From Takakia lepidozioides (taxonomy: Eukaryota > Plantae > Bryophyta), in contig CM060731.1 in the NCBI GenBank assembly GCA_030704615.1, forward strand, positions 62,310,001 through 62,374,000: 64,000 nt of DNA. The letters are read 5' to 3'. A model generated the notes under the pieces. That model worked only from the letters and a program-made list of their open reading frames with translations, did no database searches and was not told where the DNA came from. Below are positions 1 through 12,398 of the stretch, piece by piece. The position numbers were made by a program, and so were the translations under genes. Numbering within the stretch: position 1 is the first letter of the stretch; each line of letters starts with the position of its first letter.

Positions 1-70
1 GGACTCTGAGGATGAGTCAGATGAAGAAGAAGAGCAAGAACTAAAAAGAAAGAGTAAGAGAAAGGAGAAG

Positions 71-916
71 TTGAAGAGGGATAACTATGAAAAAAAATTG
101 GAAGAAATCTTGAAGAAGTATGCCACAGAGGCTGCAACACATTGGAGGAAGGGTGTATGGTGTGCAAAGTGCCAGAATGAAGGCCATACCACCACAGAAT
201 GCCACATGAAGGAGAAACACTGTACTATCTGTAAAATGGATAACCATTCTACTGAGAATTGTTACTACAACAGAAGGACAGCTGCAAGAGAACCTAGGCA
301 AGTAAGGGTGCATCAGGTGCAGCCCCAGCCAAGAAGAAACAATGATCAGGACCACTATGGTAGGTCTGGTGGTTATAACAATGGCATGGAAGGGAGAGGT
401 AATTCAAGAGGGAATTACCAGCCCGGGAATCAGGATTATAGAAATAATCCAAGAACAGACCAAGGGCGAGGACCCAATGGTGAAGAGCTATGTTACTATT
501 GTAATCAGCCAGGACATCGCAAGGCAGCCTGTTCATTCTGGATAAGACACCAGAATGAGATGAGAGCTCCTGTGAATGAGGGCCCAGTGGTGGCAGCTCA
601 CATGGTTAGGCCATGTGTTGTACCAGAAGTAAGTACAATGATAGTAACAAGAAGTAAAGCCAAACTAATACCTCCAGTAGAAGAGGAAGAAGATGAGACT
701 GGAAGTGGCAATGATATGCCTGAAGATGAAGAGACTTGGAAAGATGAGAAGGAACTGCACAAGGAAGTGGCAGATACTATAAGGGAAATGCAAAAGAGTA
801 CTGATATTCCTGTGGCAGATTCCTCTGATTCGGATGGAGAAAAAGAAGGGAGTGAGGAAGAAAGGAAAAAAGAGATGCAGACATGCAAAGTAATGAAGAG
901 ACTTTGGCTGAAGTAA
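71..916 (+). CDS. gag: Gag C-terminal part with CCHC zinc knuckles
   Basis: CAKCQNEGHTTTEC, CTICKMDNHSTENC, CYYCNQPGHRKAAC. Confidence 0.9.
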   Translation: MKRDNYEKKLEEILKKYATEAATHWRKGVWCAKCQNEGHTTTECHMKEKHCTICKMDNHSTENCYYNRRTAAREPRQVRVHQVQPQPRRNNDQDHYGRSGGYNNGMEGRGNSRGNYQPGNQDYRNNPRTDQGRGPNGEELCYYCNQPGHRKAACSFWIRHQNEMRAPVNEGPVVAAHMVRPCVVPEVSTMIVTRSKAKLIPPVEEEEDETGSGNDMPEDEETWKDEKELHKEVADTIREMQKSTDIPVADSSDSDGEKEGSEEERKKEMQTCKVMKRLWLK

Positions 917-1773
917 TATGTCAGACCAAAGCAGAAATTACCATTGGACAGCTATTAGCTGTGGCACCTTATTGTAGGCACAGGCTGTATCAAGCAATCA
1001 ATCGAATTGCCCAAGAGACAGGAAACACAGACCTGAACAGCAAGGTGACCAGTTATAATGTGAAGCCGGAAGGGCGAGAACCAGTCATGGACTTTGATGA
1101 TTCTATGCCAGTAATCCAATTGAGAATTGGAAGCACAGAACTAACTGATGTACTGATAGATGGTGGTTCTGGAGTAAATATCATGACAGACCAATTAAGG
1201 AAGAAGCTTGGTCTAAGTAACATGAAACCAGCCCCATTTACAGTAACAATGGCAGATCAAAGAAGTGTACAGCCATTGGGATTAATAAGAGGAGTTAAGA
1301 TACAGATACAGAAAATGATCTTTATGATCACAGTAACTGTATTAAAAATGGATGAAGTCATGGAGGCTTACTCCTTATTATTGGGACGTCCGTGGCTGAA
1401 ACAGGCCAGGGTATTCCATGACTGGAATTCTCAGTTACTAACCGTGCATAATGGGATACACGAGATACAAATTACCACAAAGAAATCTAGTAGATTACCT
1501 GCTACAAGAAGACCTCGAGGAGTCAGAGAGTATGACTGGAGAGGAGGACTGGATGAGGAGCAGGAAGCTACCCTATTTGCTGCACACCCAGAGTGGGAGC
1601 AGGTTGCAGAGATGCGGCTGGAAAGCCTAAGTTGTTTGAGAGGTATCTGCTGTGGTGTAGTGACAGCAACACCAACTGAAGAGGAAACCAGCATTTACCC
1701 ATCACATTTCTATGAAGAAGAAAGGAGAAATAGAAATCCTAGAAGAACCAGCCACTGTGAGCTTACAGGATGA
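883..1773 (+). CDS. pol: Aspartic protease region of pol (frameshifted segment)
   Basis: VLIDGGSGVNIM catalytic motif and LLLGRPWL. Confidence 0.9.
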   Translation: MQSNEETLAEVICQTKAEITIGQLLAVAPYCRHRLYQAINRIAQETGNTDLNSKVTSYNVKPEGREPVMDFDDSMPVIQLRIGSTELTDVLIDGGSGVNIMTDQLRKKLGLSNMKPAPFTVTMADQRSVQPLGLIRGVKIQIQKMIFMITVTVLKMDEVMEAYSLLLGRPWLKQARVFHDWNSQLLTVHNGIHEIQITTKKSSRLPATRRPRGVREYDWRGGLDEEQEATLFAAHPEWEQVAEMRLESLSCLRGICCGVVTATPTEEETSIYPSHFYEEERRNRNPRRTSHCELTG

Positions 1774-2854
1774 AGTGGTGACTGGTTGGACAATCACAGC
1801 TGATGAGCAGGTGAGAGAAGTAAATGTGGGAACTAAAGAGGAACCGAGGATGGTGAAAGTAGGAGCTGATTTGGAGCCGGAATTCTTCGAAGAAGCTAAA
1901 AGCTTGTTCATCAAATACAGAGATGTATTTGCTTGGAGCTATGAGGATCTAAAAGGGATACCACCTGAAGTCTGTCAGCATAAGATTGAACTGGAACCAG
2001 GGTCAGTACCAATCAAGCAGGCGAGGTATAGAATGAATCCCAACTACGCACAGAAGGTTGGAGAAGAGATAAAGAAGTTGGCTGAGGCTAAGTTTATATA
2101 CCCAATAGAGTATACAACTTGGTTGTCACCCATTGTTATAGTTCCCAAGAAGAATGGCAAACTAAGAGTATGTGTGAACTATAAGAAGCTGAATGCTTGT
2201 ACGAAGAAAGATCCTTTCCCTTTGCCATTCACAGAAGCAGTATTAGACACTGTGGCAGGCCATGAGATGTACTCATTCATGGATGGCTTCAGTGGTTATA
2301 ATCAAGTGCAAGTGGCAGAAGAAGACCAAGGGAAAACAGCTTTCATCACAGACTGGGGGGCTTATGCATACAAAGTCATGCCCTTTGGACTTTGTAATGC
2401 ACCAGCGACCTTTCAGAGAGTGATAAGTGAATCTTTTCATGAGTATCTGGATGATTTCATGCAGGTATTCTTGGATGATTTCAGTGTGTACAGCTCTAAG
2501 AATGAGCACTTGCATAAATTGGAGTTATGCTTGGCCAGATGCAGGATGAGAGGTCTGGGCCTGAATCCAGAGAAGTGTACTTTCTGTGTGAACTCAGGGG
2601 TGCTTCTGGGACACATTGTGTGTAAGAAGGGACTCCTTGTGGATCCCAGAAAGACAGAGTCCATTAAAGCCTCTCCACCACCAGTGAATGTTAAAAGTCT
2701 ACGAAGATTCCTTGGGCAAACCAGTTATTACAGGAGATTTGTCAAAAGGTATGCACAAATAGCAGCACCATTGAGCAAACTACTGAAGAAAGATGCAGTG
2801 TTTGCCTGGACAGCGGAATGTCAACAGGCTTTGAGGAACTTACACTGTCAGTAA
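1712..2854 (+). CDS. pol: Reverse transcriptase segment
   Basis: LRVCVNYKKLN, DGFSGYNQV, MPFGLCNAPATFQR, VFLDDF. Confidence 0.95.
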   Translation: MKKKGEIEILEEPATVSLQDEVVTGWTITADEQVREVNVGTKEEPRMVKVGADLEPEFFEEAKSLFIKYRDVFAWSYEDLKGIPPEVCQHKIELEPGSVPIKQARYRMNPNYAQKVGEEIKKLAEAKFIYPIEYTTWLSPIVIVPKKNGKLRVCVNYKKLNACTKKDPFPLPFTEAVLDTVAGHEMYSFMDGFSGYNQVQVAEEDQGKTAFITDWGAYAYKVMPFGLCNAPATFQRVISESFHEYLDDFMQVFLDDFSVYSSKNEHLHKLELCLARCRMRGLGLNPEKCTFCVNSGVLLGHIVCKKGLLVDPRKTESIKASPPPVNVKSLRRFLGQTSYYRRFVKRYAQIAAPLSKLLKKDAVFAWTAECQQALRNLHCQ

Positions 2855-4580
2855 CAACTACACCTGTGCTGATTAACCCTCACTGGCATGTAGTATTCCA
2901 TGTTCACTGCGATGCATCAGGAGAAGCGTTGGGAGCGGTGTTAGCCCAGAATGTTACAGGGAATATAGATTCACCTGTGTACTATGCTAGCCGGTTGATG
3001 AACAGTGCTGAGAGGAACTATAGCACAACGGAAAGAGAAGCATTGGCAATGATCTATGCAGTGAAGAAATTCAGGCATTACCTGTTGGGCAAGAAGTTTA
3101 TGTTCTATGTGGATCACCAGGCTCTGATATACCTGGTAAACAAACCTCTGATAAGCGGAAGAATAGCAAGATGGTTAATAATCTTGCATGAGTTTGAGTT
3201 CGAGGTTATTTACAAGCCTGGCCGTTTGCATCTTGTGGCAGATCATTTGTCACGACTAACAACAGGAGAGGCCGCCACAGGAGTGGACGATCAGTTACCT
3301 GATGCGAGTTTATTTGTAATGGAGGTGCAAGGAAGTGCAGATGAATGGTTAGATTGGCAGTGGCCAATCAGATACTACCTTGCTCATGGTCAGTGCCCAC
3401 CTAGTTATGGTAAGGAGCAGAGGAAGAGAATCGCTATCAAAGCTTTACCTTATACTATGGTAGGAAGCAGAATGTATAAGTTAGGACCTGATGGAGTACT
3501 AAAACGATGCTTGTACCACCATGAAGTAAATAAAGTTTTGGCGGAAGTTCATAAAGGAGTGGCTGGAGGTCATTTTGGAGAAGAGACTACCAGTAGAAAG
3601 ATACTACTCGCAGGATACTGGTGGCCTACTTTGTTCAAAGATGTACACGAGTATTGTCAGAAGTGTGATGAATGTCAGAGGCTAGGACCTTTGCAGAGAT
3701 CTGGAAGGATGGCCTTGCATCCTACAATGCCTACGGAACCATTTCAGAAATGGGGACTAGACTTTGTTGGACCAATTAACCCACCATCCAAGAATACACG
3801 AAACAGGTACATAATTACAGCCACTGATTATACTACAAAGTGGGTGGAAGCTAAAGCTTTGAGGGACAACACAGCCAAGTCCACAGCAAGGTTCCTGTAC
3901 GAGAACATACTTACAAGATTTGGCTGTCCCTTAGAATTTATCAGTGATCAAGGAAGTCACTTCATGAATGCGACCATTGAGTTGTTGACTAAAGAGTTTA
4001 TGATTGTGCATAGAAAGAGTACAACATATTACCCACAGGGTAATGGGCAGGCAGAGGCTACCAACAAAATACTATGTACTATCTTGGCTAAGATAGTCAA
4101 TGCAAACAGAACGGATTGGGATACAAAGCTGCTGACAGCTTTGTGGTCATACAGGACTTCATATAAAGTCACCACTAAGTATACACCATTCCAATTAGTT
4201 TATGGTATGGAAGCCTTACTTCCAGTGGAATTCCTGTTACCTACCATGAGAACGGAGTGGGGAAAAGAATGGAATTGCAAGACTCCATCAAGGTCAGGAA
4301 ACATGAATTATACCATGTGGAAGAAGTACGTGCTGATGCAGCTGATAATATGACCAGAATTCAGATGAAGCGAAAGGAACAGTTTGATGAAGGCAAGTTA
4401 AAGACTTTTAAGACGGGGGATTTGGTTCTATGGTTGCAGAAGAAAGGAAAGATTCAAGCTTCTAAGCTTAAATCACCATGGAAAGACCTTATGTCATACA
4501 AAAGATGTATGATAACAACACCGCCATGTTACAAACCATTAACAAAGAAATGCTGGGAAGAGTCAATGCAAATAAGTTGA
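2818..4580 (+). CDS. pol: RNase H + integrase (frameshifts near 4265 and 4480)
   Basis: HCDASGEALGAVL, NYSTTEREALA, YVDHQAL; HHCC (H..GGHFG..CDECQ); [24 protein letters not shown]. Confidence 0.95.
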
Positions 4581-7500
4581 AGGGGTACAGTGGTATCCAT
4601 GACAAACCCCTGCAGCATGATTTGCATGTTGAACCGCAAGAGCAGTCACGGGCTGCACCAGTGTTACGAACGGAGTATGGAACACTTGTCGCTAGGCCCA
4701 GCATATATGACCAGGGCGAGCAAAACAAACGTGACACAGCCTATCACAGCCCATCAAGGCAAAGCACAGCCAATCACAGCCCATCAAGGCAAAGCACAGC
4801 CTATCACAGCCCATCACGACGTGACACAGCCTATCACAGCCCAGCACGGCGCAACACAGCCTATCACAGCCCATCACGACGTGACACAGCCTATCACAGC
4901 CCAGCAAGGCGCAACACAGCCTATCACAGCCCAGCACGGCGCAACACAGCCTATCACAACCTACCACAGCGTGTCACAGCCTATCACAGCTTACCACAGT
5001 GCATCACAGCCTATCACAGCGTAACACAGTATGACACAGCCTGTCACAGCTCAACACAGCCTACTAAAGTTACACGATCCATAGAATCAGTGACAAGTGG
5101 ACACATAATAACTTCAGGAAAATGGATGACGGAAGAGGAAACGGAAATTACTTTAAAAATGGACACGTGGAGGTCGGGGCGCGACACACAGCCGAGAAGG
5201 AAGTGCAAGAACAGGTGTCAAAAAGAAAGAGGACAAGAACGGCCGTCAAAAGGGATGAAAGGCGGGCCCATTAATGAGTACGGAAAAAGGGAAACGGAAC
5301 GAACGGCAAGTACAGAAAAGCCGAATTCTTGTCACATGTGTGATCCTAGTGGACTATCCAACATGGAAAGTCCACTAAAGAAGATAAAATCTAAAATCCA
5401 GTCACAGCGGATACAGCCAATAGAAAACCAGAGAAAGGATCAAGAAAATGGAGGGAAATTGAGCGCAAGAGGCGGCGTCGTTCTGAGTAACGGGCGTCTC
5501 GACAGGACAGACCATCAATGCTATACCTTGGAAACTATGGAGGAACTAACAGACTATACGCTCGCAATATTACTTACGCAGTGGCATAGACACGAAAGGA
5601 CAGAGCGGAGCTTTTCTCTTGAGCGATGCTTGCAAGCCCCGCAGGCTTACAAGAAATTACCCATAGCTTTCTGCGACAACCATACGTTTATGCTTTGTGC
5701 ACTACAGGCATTCCTGCAGTTGTTACAGCCAAAACAGTTCTGTGAGTCTAAAATGAAGAGAGTGAGAGGAATGGAGGAAATCAGGGTGAAGAGCACCACG
5801 ATTCTGCAGAAACAAACAATTGCTACCCCACAGGCGATACAGATACTGGAGGAGCTGAGATTGCAAGGATTGCAAAGCCTAGATTGGACACTACACCATA
5901 GACAGTACATGTTACAATTTTTGCAGAACTTTGAGCCAAGGACAGGAACAACAACGGTGAAGGGAGTTGAATTAATGATTACTCCCCTATACCTCCAGCA
6001 ATTGTTTCGATTGCCAGCAGGTCAGGTGCATGTGGAGCAACACAGGGCAAGACTGCAAATAGAGGACTTATTCCAAGAAGGGAGTTTCTTTAAAACTCAG
6101 GGTTATGCTTGTACCAAGGCTGTGTACCCAGGGTTAAAAGAGGTAGGCCAGGTATTGAACGTTCTGATTGCCATGAAACAGAACCAACAGTATTTGAGCA
6201 GATCCTTCACGGAGGAAATACTCAAAGGCCTGAAGGGACGAGAGGTACAATGGGCGGACATAATGTACAACGCACTGGTAGAGGAGATGAAAAGATTACA
6301 AGGTACTACCGCAAAGTCTCCTATAATAGTGTCTGGCCCAATCATTGCTCAAATAATCCTTGATTCTGGCATACTTAATGCGCAAGAAAGAAAGGAAATG
6401 GGAGTGTTTGAGCCAGAAACAACTGCAATGGAAGAGCAAGGCTCTTCACACAGTGAGGGTGGACTAGCAGGGCAACCCGAGACTAAGAGGCAGAGACGGG
6501 GAAAGACTGTAGTGGCGGATCCACTGGCTTCACGGATTCCGCATGATAATGTTTCCCAAGCTCATGGCCAGGAAGGGGCACAGCAGCACAGAGAAATGCT
6601 ATTACTGGAAGCAGGACCTTCGGAGAGGGAGGAGGAAGTTACTTCTGCATCACAACCATCACAGCCACCTGAACGACTTGTCACAAGGTCACAAGTTATC
6701 CATGCAGCTCAACCAGAAATAATTGATTTGGAAAGTGAAGGGTTAGATATTCCAACTACAGAACAGATAGTGGCAGAAATAGAGAAGGGGGACCTTCTCT
6801 ATGAATATTCTGGTCTGGTCAAGGAGACAGAAATCCCAGAGGTGCAACAGTTGCCCAAGGGAAATCCTGAGGTGCATATAATACACACACCTGTGTCGGA
6901 GGTACCACAGGCGGAAGGTCATGACACTGTAGCACCGGTGATAGATGAAGTAGTTCAGGAAGAAAATCCGGTGGGACAATGGCCTGAATGGTTAGTGAGA
7001 CATCACACTGTTGAAGATCAGGAGGAACAGCAGCAACCTCACCATGATGACCCTCAACAGGCAATGCTGATGAGTTCCATAGGCAGGACACTTAATTTGT
7101 TGGGGACTTATGTCAAATCCCATGTTCCAATTACCCAATTGACAGCCTTGAAAGAGGAACTCAGGAAGGAGTTTGAGGCTCGACTTGCCACTGAGTGTGC
7201 AAACAAGGTCGATGAAGAGGTCACTCTCAAGATGAAGCAGGACTTGGGAAATACAGAAATGGCTTTGCAATTGGCCAAGCAACAATTGATTGAGGCAGGC
7301 CTCGCGCAAGACCAGTTGCACGAAGCACATAAGCAACAGCTATACCAAATGCAGGTGCAGCATGAAAGCAAGTTGCAAGAACTGAATGCACTACATACGG
7401 AGTTGCAGACAGTGCATAACAGGATGGCGATACAATGTGCTACATTTACAACTATGCTTGACCAATCTACAAAAGAAATAAACAGTCAAGCGGAAAAATG

Positions 7501-9303
7501 TACGAAGGCAGAAGAAGAGAATGTTGAGCAAATGAAGCTCATTGTCGATATGAAGAATACAATCTGTCGCAATGAAGATACTTTCAAGCAATACAGGCAG
7601 ATTGAAGCTGATCAAGAGAAGCACATCGTGGAGTTGCAACAAACCATCATGGCCAATAAAATGAAATCGCGGTCAATAACAAGGCTTGGAAGGAAGCCAA
7701 TAATCTACTTGCTGCTTATGCGCAATTGGTTGAACCTCAGGCGAAGCGCATGGAGGCTTTACAACAGCAGTTGGAATTGTACAAGCTAAGAGAGGAGCAA
7801 ACTCTCAGGGGAACCACAAGCAACTTGGTGGATAACAGCCTTATGCAGGTCTGGTTAGCACAAGGGCCAGTAGAGGGCAAAGCACCACGGAAGCTCACCC
7901 AAAGCGAGATGAATGAGCTCAGGCTGCAGGTGCAGAACATTGCCACAACTACTATAGACAATGTCTATAGTAGGATAGCAGAGTTACAAGAGGATGTAGA
8001 CGGACTGCAGACTCAAGTGGAAGACCTCACTTCAAACATCGACCAAAGAGTCTATATCCCTCAGGAACAGCTAATGGCTTCTTATTTACAAGCCAGAACT
8101 TTGGCTTTTCAGTCTTCACAGGAGGGCAGGAGATGCCAATGATACAAGAGCCAGTACCACCACCACCACCACAACAAGTCACTGTACCAATAGCTGAACC
8201 TGTGGTTACTACAACCACACCACAGCCACCACAGCCGGAGGTATGGGGCAATGCCGCTTTTAACCCACCTAAAACTCCAGCTGCAAGGGAGTACAGTAGG
8301 GCTATGATTATGCCCTTCAACCAAATTCCCATCATGTTGGATTTGGCTTGGAAAGAATTTAGTCCTCCGCAGTCATTCGCACATTACTACCAAATCATGC
8401 GTATTGGCTGCCAGTGGCAACTAGGACTAAAGTTCTTCCGAACAATCGACATATTGAAGATCATCACTTTGCACAATACTGGCACGAGCAGGTACCATGT
8501 TGAGGGAATTGATTGCTTTCCAGGTTGTACATGGACTCATTTATACCAAGACCAAGGAGATAGCAAGTATTGTCATGGGGTGCGGGTTATACTACGCTGC
8601 TTGTTTTCTGGTACGTTACCACATTGAGCAACAAAAGATGCAAACACGCTTTCTGAGTTATTCCAGTGGAGATCATTGGGTATTACCTTCGGTGCCACCT
8701 CATATGTACCTATATGACCCAAAAGTTATGATGCAAAAGGATTCTCAAATTCGTTCATGGTTTCAAGCGGCCTGGAACCATTTGTCAACACAGAAATTCG
8801 GCATTGATGACATTTTCTATAAGGGACATGTGGCATGGAAGTACTTGCACGCTGCACCAGTAATTGGTACCCCACTCACCTGGACAGACAAGGAGCTCAG
8901 TGTCTACACCAATTTTGCTGTTCAGCGGTTACACCAAGTTGTAAAATACAAACTTCCAGACATGGTAGGACAGCATTGTATGCCCCAGATGATTCCACAA
9001 AAAGTTCGAAAATTAAAACACCTGAGAGGCGATGAGGATTCTGATACAACTGTTTCTTCACCGAATTCTTTTGACATGGGAGAAGACTATGCAATTCAGA
9101 TGGAAGAGAAGAAGCGAAGGGGATCTCCTATGCCGGAAAGATTACCTCGATATCAGCCTCCAGAGGGCCTCACTTATCCAGGTAGTGATCAACCATCTCC
9201 GTCAACCAGAGACAGACCTCGGGCTCGTACACACAGTCCGCCAAGAAACTCTCAACGTCAAGAAGGTGCTCACTCACAAAGGTTTGCTAGTCGAAATCAG
9301 TAA
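4478..9303 (+). CDS. Long extra coding region after integrase (segments 4478-7789, 7726-8142, 8133-8627, 8497-9303): repeat linker, plant-transposon-protein-like domain, coiled coil, unknown C-terminal domain
   Basis: 1103 open codons starting at the integrase GPY tail (PYVIQKMYDNN..VNANKLKGY); LQFLQNF..TVKGVELMITPLYLQQLFRLP..VQWADIMY..GPIIAQII resembles Transposase_32/Athila-ORF-type domains; conserved in copies C and D. Confidence 0.75.
4733..5062 (+). repeat. In-frame 30-bp tandem repeat, about 10-11 copies
   Basis: Unit ~GACACAGCCTATCACAGCCCATCACGACGT; translates as TAYHSPSRRD-type decapeptides. Confidence 0.9.
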
Positions 9304-9323
9304 ACCGTGAGGACACGGCTTTT

Positions 9324-9337
9324 GAGGGGGGAAGGGG
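9324..9337 (+). other. Polypurine tract of element A
   Basis: GAGGGGGGAAGGGG just before the LTR TGTTAG; same arrangement at ~54975-54992. Confidence 0.85.
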
Positions 9338-9340
9338 TAA

Positions 9341-10469
9341 TGTTAGAGGACTGTCGGGGACTTAGACACTTATACGGGATCTGTAGGGTACCCTTAATTT
9401 TTGCATAGACTGAGACCAACAGGAGCCTTAGGGGTGACAGCAGCGCACTGTAGAGGGGGGTTACACATCCCGTCACAGCCGTCACAGTCGTCACAGCAGA
9501 CACAGCCGACACAGCCCAACACAGCCAACACAGCCCGTCACAGTCGTCACAGCCGACACAGCCAACACAGCCCGTCACAGCAGACACAGCCAACACAGCC
9601 AACACAGCCCGTCACAGTCGTCACAGCAGACACAGCCGACACAGCCGACACAACCCGGCACAGCCAACACAGCCCGTCACAGTCGTCACAGCCAACACAG
9701 CCAACACAGCCCGTCACAGTCGTCACAGCAGACACACAACACGCCGACACAGCCCGGCACAGCCACACAGCCAGTCACAGCCCGACACAGCCAAACACAG
9801 TCGCACAGCCAGTCACAGCCCGTCACAGTTTCACACAGCCAGTCACAGCTTGACACAGCTGTCACGATCATAGGGAACGAAGAGTAGGACATGGAACGAC
9901 TGTGGGGAACAACACCTGCGAAGGGAACATGTTAGTTCACAGACGACGGTTAGTGGGGGAAACGGTTAGAACCGCGGATAGGAAGATAAAGGGGGAAAAC
10001 GGGGAATTGAAGGACATCATTCGGAGGAGATGAGATCGGGTAGAGATGAGGAACGGAAGTGAAGATAGAGAGATGATGAGTAGATGCTTGATATAGGCAA
10101 GGCTGTAATGATATTGTAGAGCAGATTAGAGACACAATGGCTTCGGCCTGATACCTGATAAATCATAATCGGATACTTTTACGATACAATCACACTGTGT
10201 AGAGAGATCTGAGTGAAGCTGTGAAATGAATGGATGAGCTGATGGAATCCAATAGATTGATAAAGCAAACTGATACTTAATTATCAATGGTAAGATAGCT
10301 AACATGAATACCAAAAGGAAAACAAATAGGAAATACCCCCATGATACACTAGCTGTAGGTCATGACTGATTGTTCTGCGCGGGCTGAGTACTTAGAGATT
10401 TCCAACTCTTCAATCTTGGAGTTTCCGCCTCGAATAGCGAAGGGATGGGTGAGTAAAAGCTGCGCGACA
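9341..10469 (+). repeat. 3' LTR of element A (1129 bp) with expanded CACAGCC minisatellite at ~9470-9865
   Basis: TG...CA ends; matches LTRs at 52445-53236 (-) and 54992-55850 (+); right end fixed by the LTR/PBS junction in copy C. Confidence 0.9.
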
Positions 10470-10688
10470 TAGCCACAAGATGTGATAGTGACCATAGCCT
10501 CACTAAGTCCTCCACCACTATCCCTACTACACTCAAACTCGATAGATCAAGAGGCCGGGTGCAAGAGTTGCCCCATCGTTAGTCGCCGTCTTGCAACCTG
10601 TGAACTTGAGCTTGGGATCTCATGTATTGACTCCTATGAGCTTGGCCTCCCATGTCTTGTTAGCTACCTCCAGTCATGTCCACTGCCA

Positions 10689-12380
10689 CTATCCCAAGCA
10701 GTGTGGACACAACCAATCTCCGTCAAGAACCTTCTCAAGAGGTGGTGTCAAGCATCCCATATGCCAACCCCTTGAGCATCGATCACACACCAGCATGGTG
10801 GCTGCCCCTTTGGCAGACCCACAGAGCATGCACCTCAAACCTGCAGGTACCACTGCCAAGTTTGGGTCAACTCTGCCATCGACATTGGGAAGGTGACATG
10901 GCGCACAATTACGCACACGGTCCTTCCAAGTCATGCCATCCCGACCCTCTAAGATCAGGACCCCTGAGGGCAACACCTCTCGAACCCTCAGAATAACACG
11001 CCCTGCAGTAACATCCAGAGTCGTAGGAGCAGTCTGCTGCAAATAAACATAGTCATCAGGGCTAAACCTCCGAACCCCAGGACGATATCCTCCACCACGT
11101 ATAGTGGCATACCTCAACGTATCACGGTGCTGTGCAATGGCAAGGTTCTCAAAAGCCATGGGCATGACTTTCTTGAACAACTCTGCACGCTGATCACATG
11201 CACGTACCCACACGTCCGGATCGTCAAGGTTAAGGACTTGAGCAGTGTCCCTATGAATGGCTACAGGTAAATCCGGCTCTCGGCCAAAGAGAAGGAAATA
11301 TGGTGAGAAGGAGGCAAGTGATGCTTGTTTGCTGAACCTGTAGCCCATGGCTAACCAAGGAACCTGAAGATCCCAATCTCCTAGGTGTCCCTTCTGCAAG
11401 CCATACTTGCGCAAACCCCTCTTCACCGTCTGAACAACTCTCTCTGCTAAGCCATCGGCCTTAGGATGATCCCGAGAAGTGGTGCGGTGGTCTATCAAGG
11501 CTTTATCACACAAAGCCTGAAACTCCCCCAAGAACTCTCTCCCTTGGTCCGTGAGTACCTCAGCTGGAGCACCAAATCGGCTAAGCACATGATCCAAGAA
11601 TGCATACGCAACCCCCTCACTAGCCTTGTCAGGCAATGGAACCAACTCAATCCACTTGGAGAAGTGCTCTACCATCACCAACACATATCTGTGGTGGCGC
11701 ATAGTCAGTGGCAACGGTCCTGCGAAGTCAAGACTCCACCTGTAGCCCAATCCCATGATTGGTAAAGGATGCAACTGTGGTGTAGGGGCGTTGAATGAAG
11801 CACGCACCCTGTCACACACCATGCACCTAGCCACGAACTGTTGCACCTCTGTATGCATACCATGCCACCAATACTGCCCCTGCAGTAAACTGTGAGTGCG
11901 TCGCACTCCAAAATGCCCCAACTCCTCATGGGCATGCCGCACTAACCGTGCACGTTGTGTGGGGTGAGGCACAATCCTCACCCGACCATCCTCCCACACT
12001 CGAAGTAGGTGTATCCCCTCCCACTTGAACCTCTTGGCTCGTTGCAAGATCCGATCCCTCTCCCTGGCAGTCACAGTGGTTGCCGTGTCTCCCGTGCGGA
12101 GGTAGTCCAACACAGCCGAATCCTCATGTATATCTCTGGCACCACCTGGCTCATCACTAGCCTCAGGGTCCTCAGACACTCCGTCTACAGTCATCCCTGT
12201 TGTAGGTCCAACCTGACCTCCCGATGCCAAGATACACAAAAATGCAGATGCGTGCCATCCCGGCACCATCTCGTCATCCGTCTCACCATGCCATTGAGCT
12301 CCTGTGTCATCCTGCTGGCTCATGCATGGATTGCGACTCAATCCATCCGCATCCCGATTCACCAAACCTAGTCGATGCAC
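10689..12380 (-). CDS. pol: Integrase with C-terminal PHD finger
   Basis: HEELGHFG..CMVCD; WSLDFAGP, LTDQGREF, DGLAERVV; C4HC3 pattern CMLC..VCDRCSRGWHMGCL..WLCPHC. Confidence 0.92.
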   Translation of the reverse strand: MHRLGLVNRDADGLSRNPCMSQQDDTGAQWHGETDDEMVPGWHASAFLCILASGGQVGPTTGMTVDGVSEDPEASDEPGGARDIHEDSAVLDYLRTGDTATTVTARERDRILQRAKRFKWEGIHLLRVWEDGRVRIVPHPTQRARLVRHAHEELGHFGVRRTHSLLQGQYWWHGMHTEVQQFVARCMVCDRVRASFNAPTPQLHPLPIMGLGYRWSLDFAGPLPLTMRHHRYVLVMVEHFSKWIELVPLPDKASEGVAYAFLDHVLSRFGAPAEVLTDQGREFLGEFQALCDKALIDHRTTSRDHPKADGLAERVVQTVKRGLRKYGLQKGHLGDWDLQVPWLAMGYRFSKQASLASFSPYFLLFGREPDLPVAIHRDTAQVLNLDDPDVWVRACDQRAELFKKVMPMAFENLAIAQHRDTLRYATIRGGGYRPGVRRFSPDDYVYLQQTAPTTLDVTAGRVILRVREVLPSGVLILEGRDGMTWKDRVRNCAPCHLPNVDGRVDPNLAVVPAGLRCMLCGSAKGAATMLVCDRCSRGWHMGCLTPPLEKVLDGDWLCPHCLG

Positions 12381-12398
12381 AACCTGAAAGTCATACTC

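Larger units (their letters stand above)
1..10469 (+). mobile_element. Ty3/Gypsy LTR retrotransposon, family A copy 1 (5' end outside window), non-chromovirus with a long extra 3' coding region
   Basis: gag-PR-RT-RH-INT order, PPT at 9324-9337, 3' LTR TGTT...GACA at 9341-10469; homologous to copies at 40509-53236 and 53237-55850. Confidence 0.95.

Noticed and set aside
4478-9303. Retroviral-type env gene
   Set aside because: No clear signal peptide, cleavage site or transmembrane anchor seen; mostly coiled-coil and soluble-looking
9297-9892. ORFs over the LTR minisatellite (also 4590-5024, 18655-19091, 34836-36327)
   Set aside because: Open frames are by-products of low-complexity or tandem repeats
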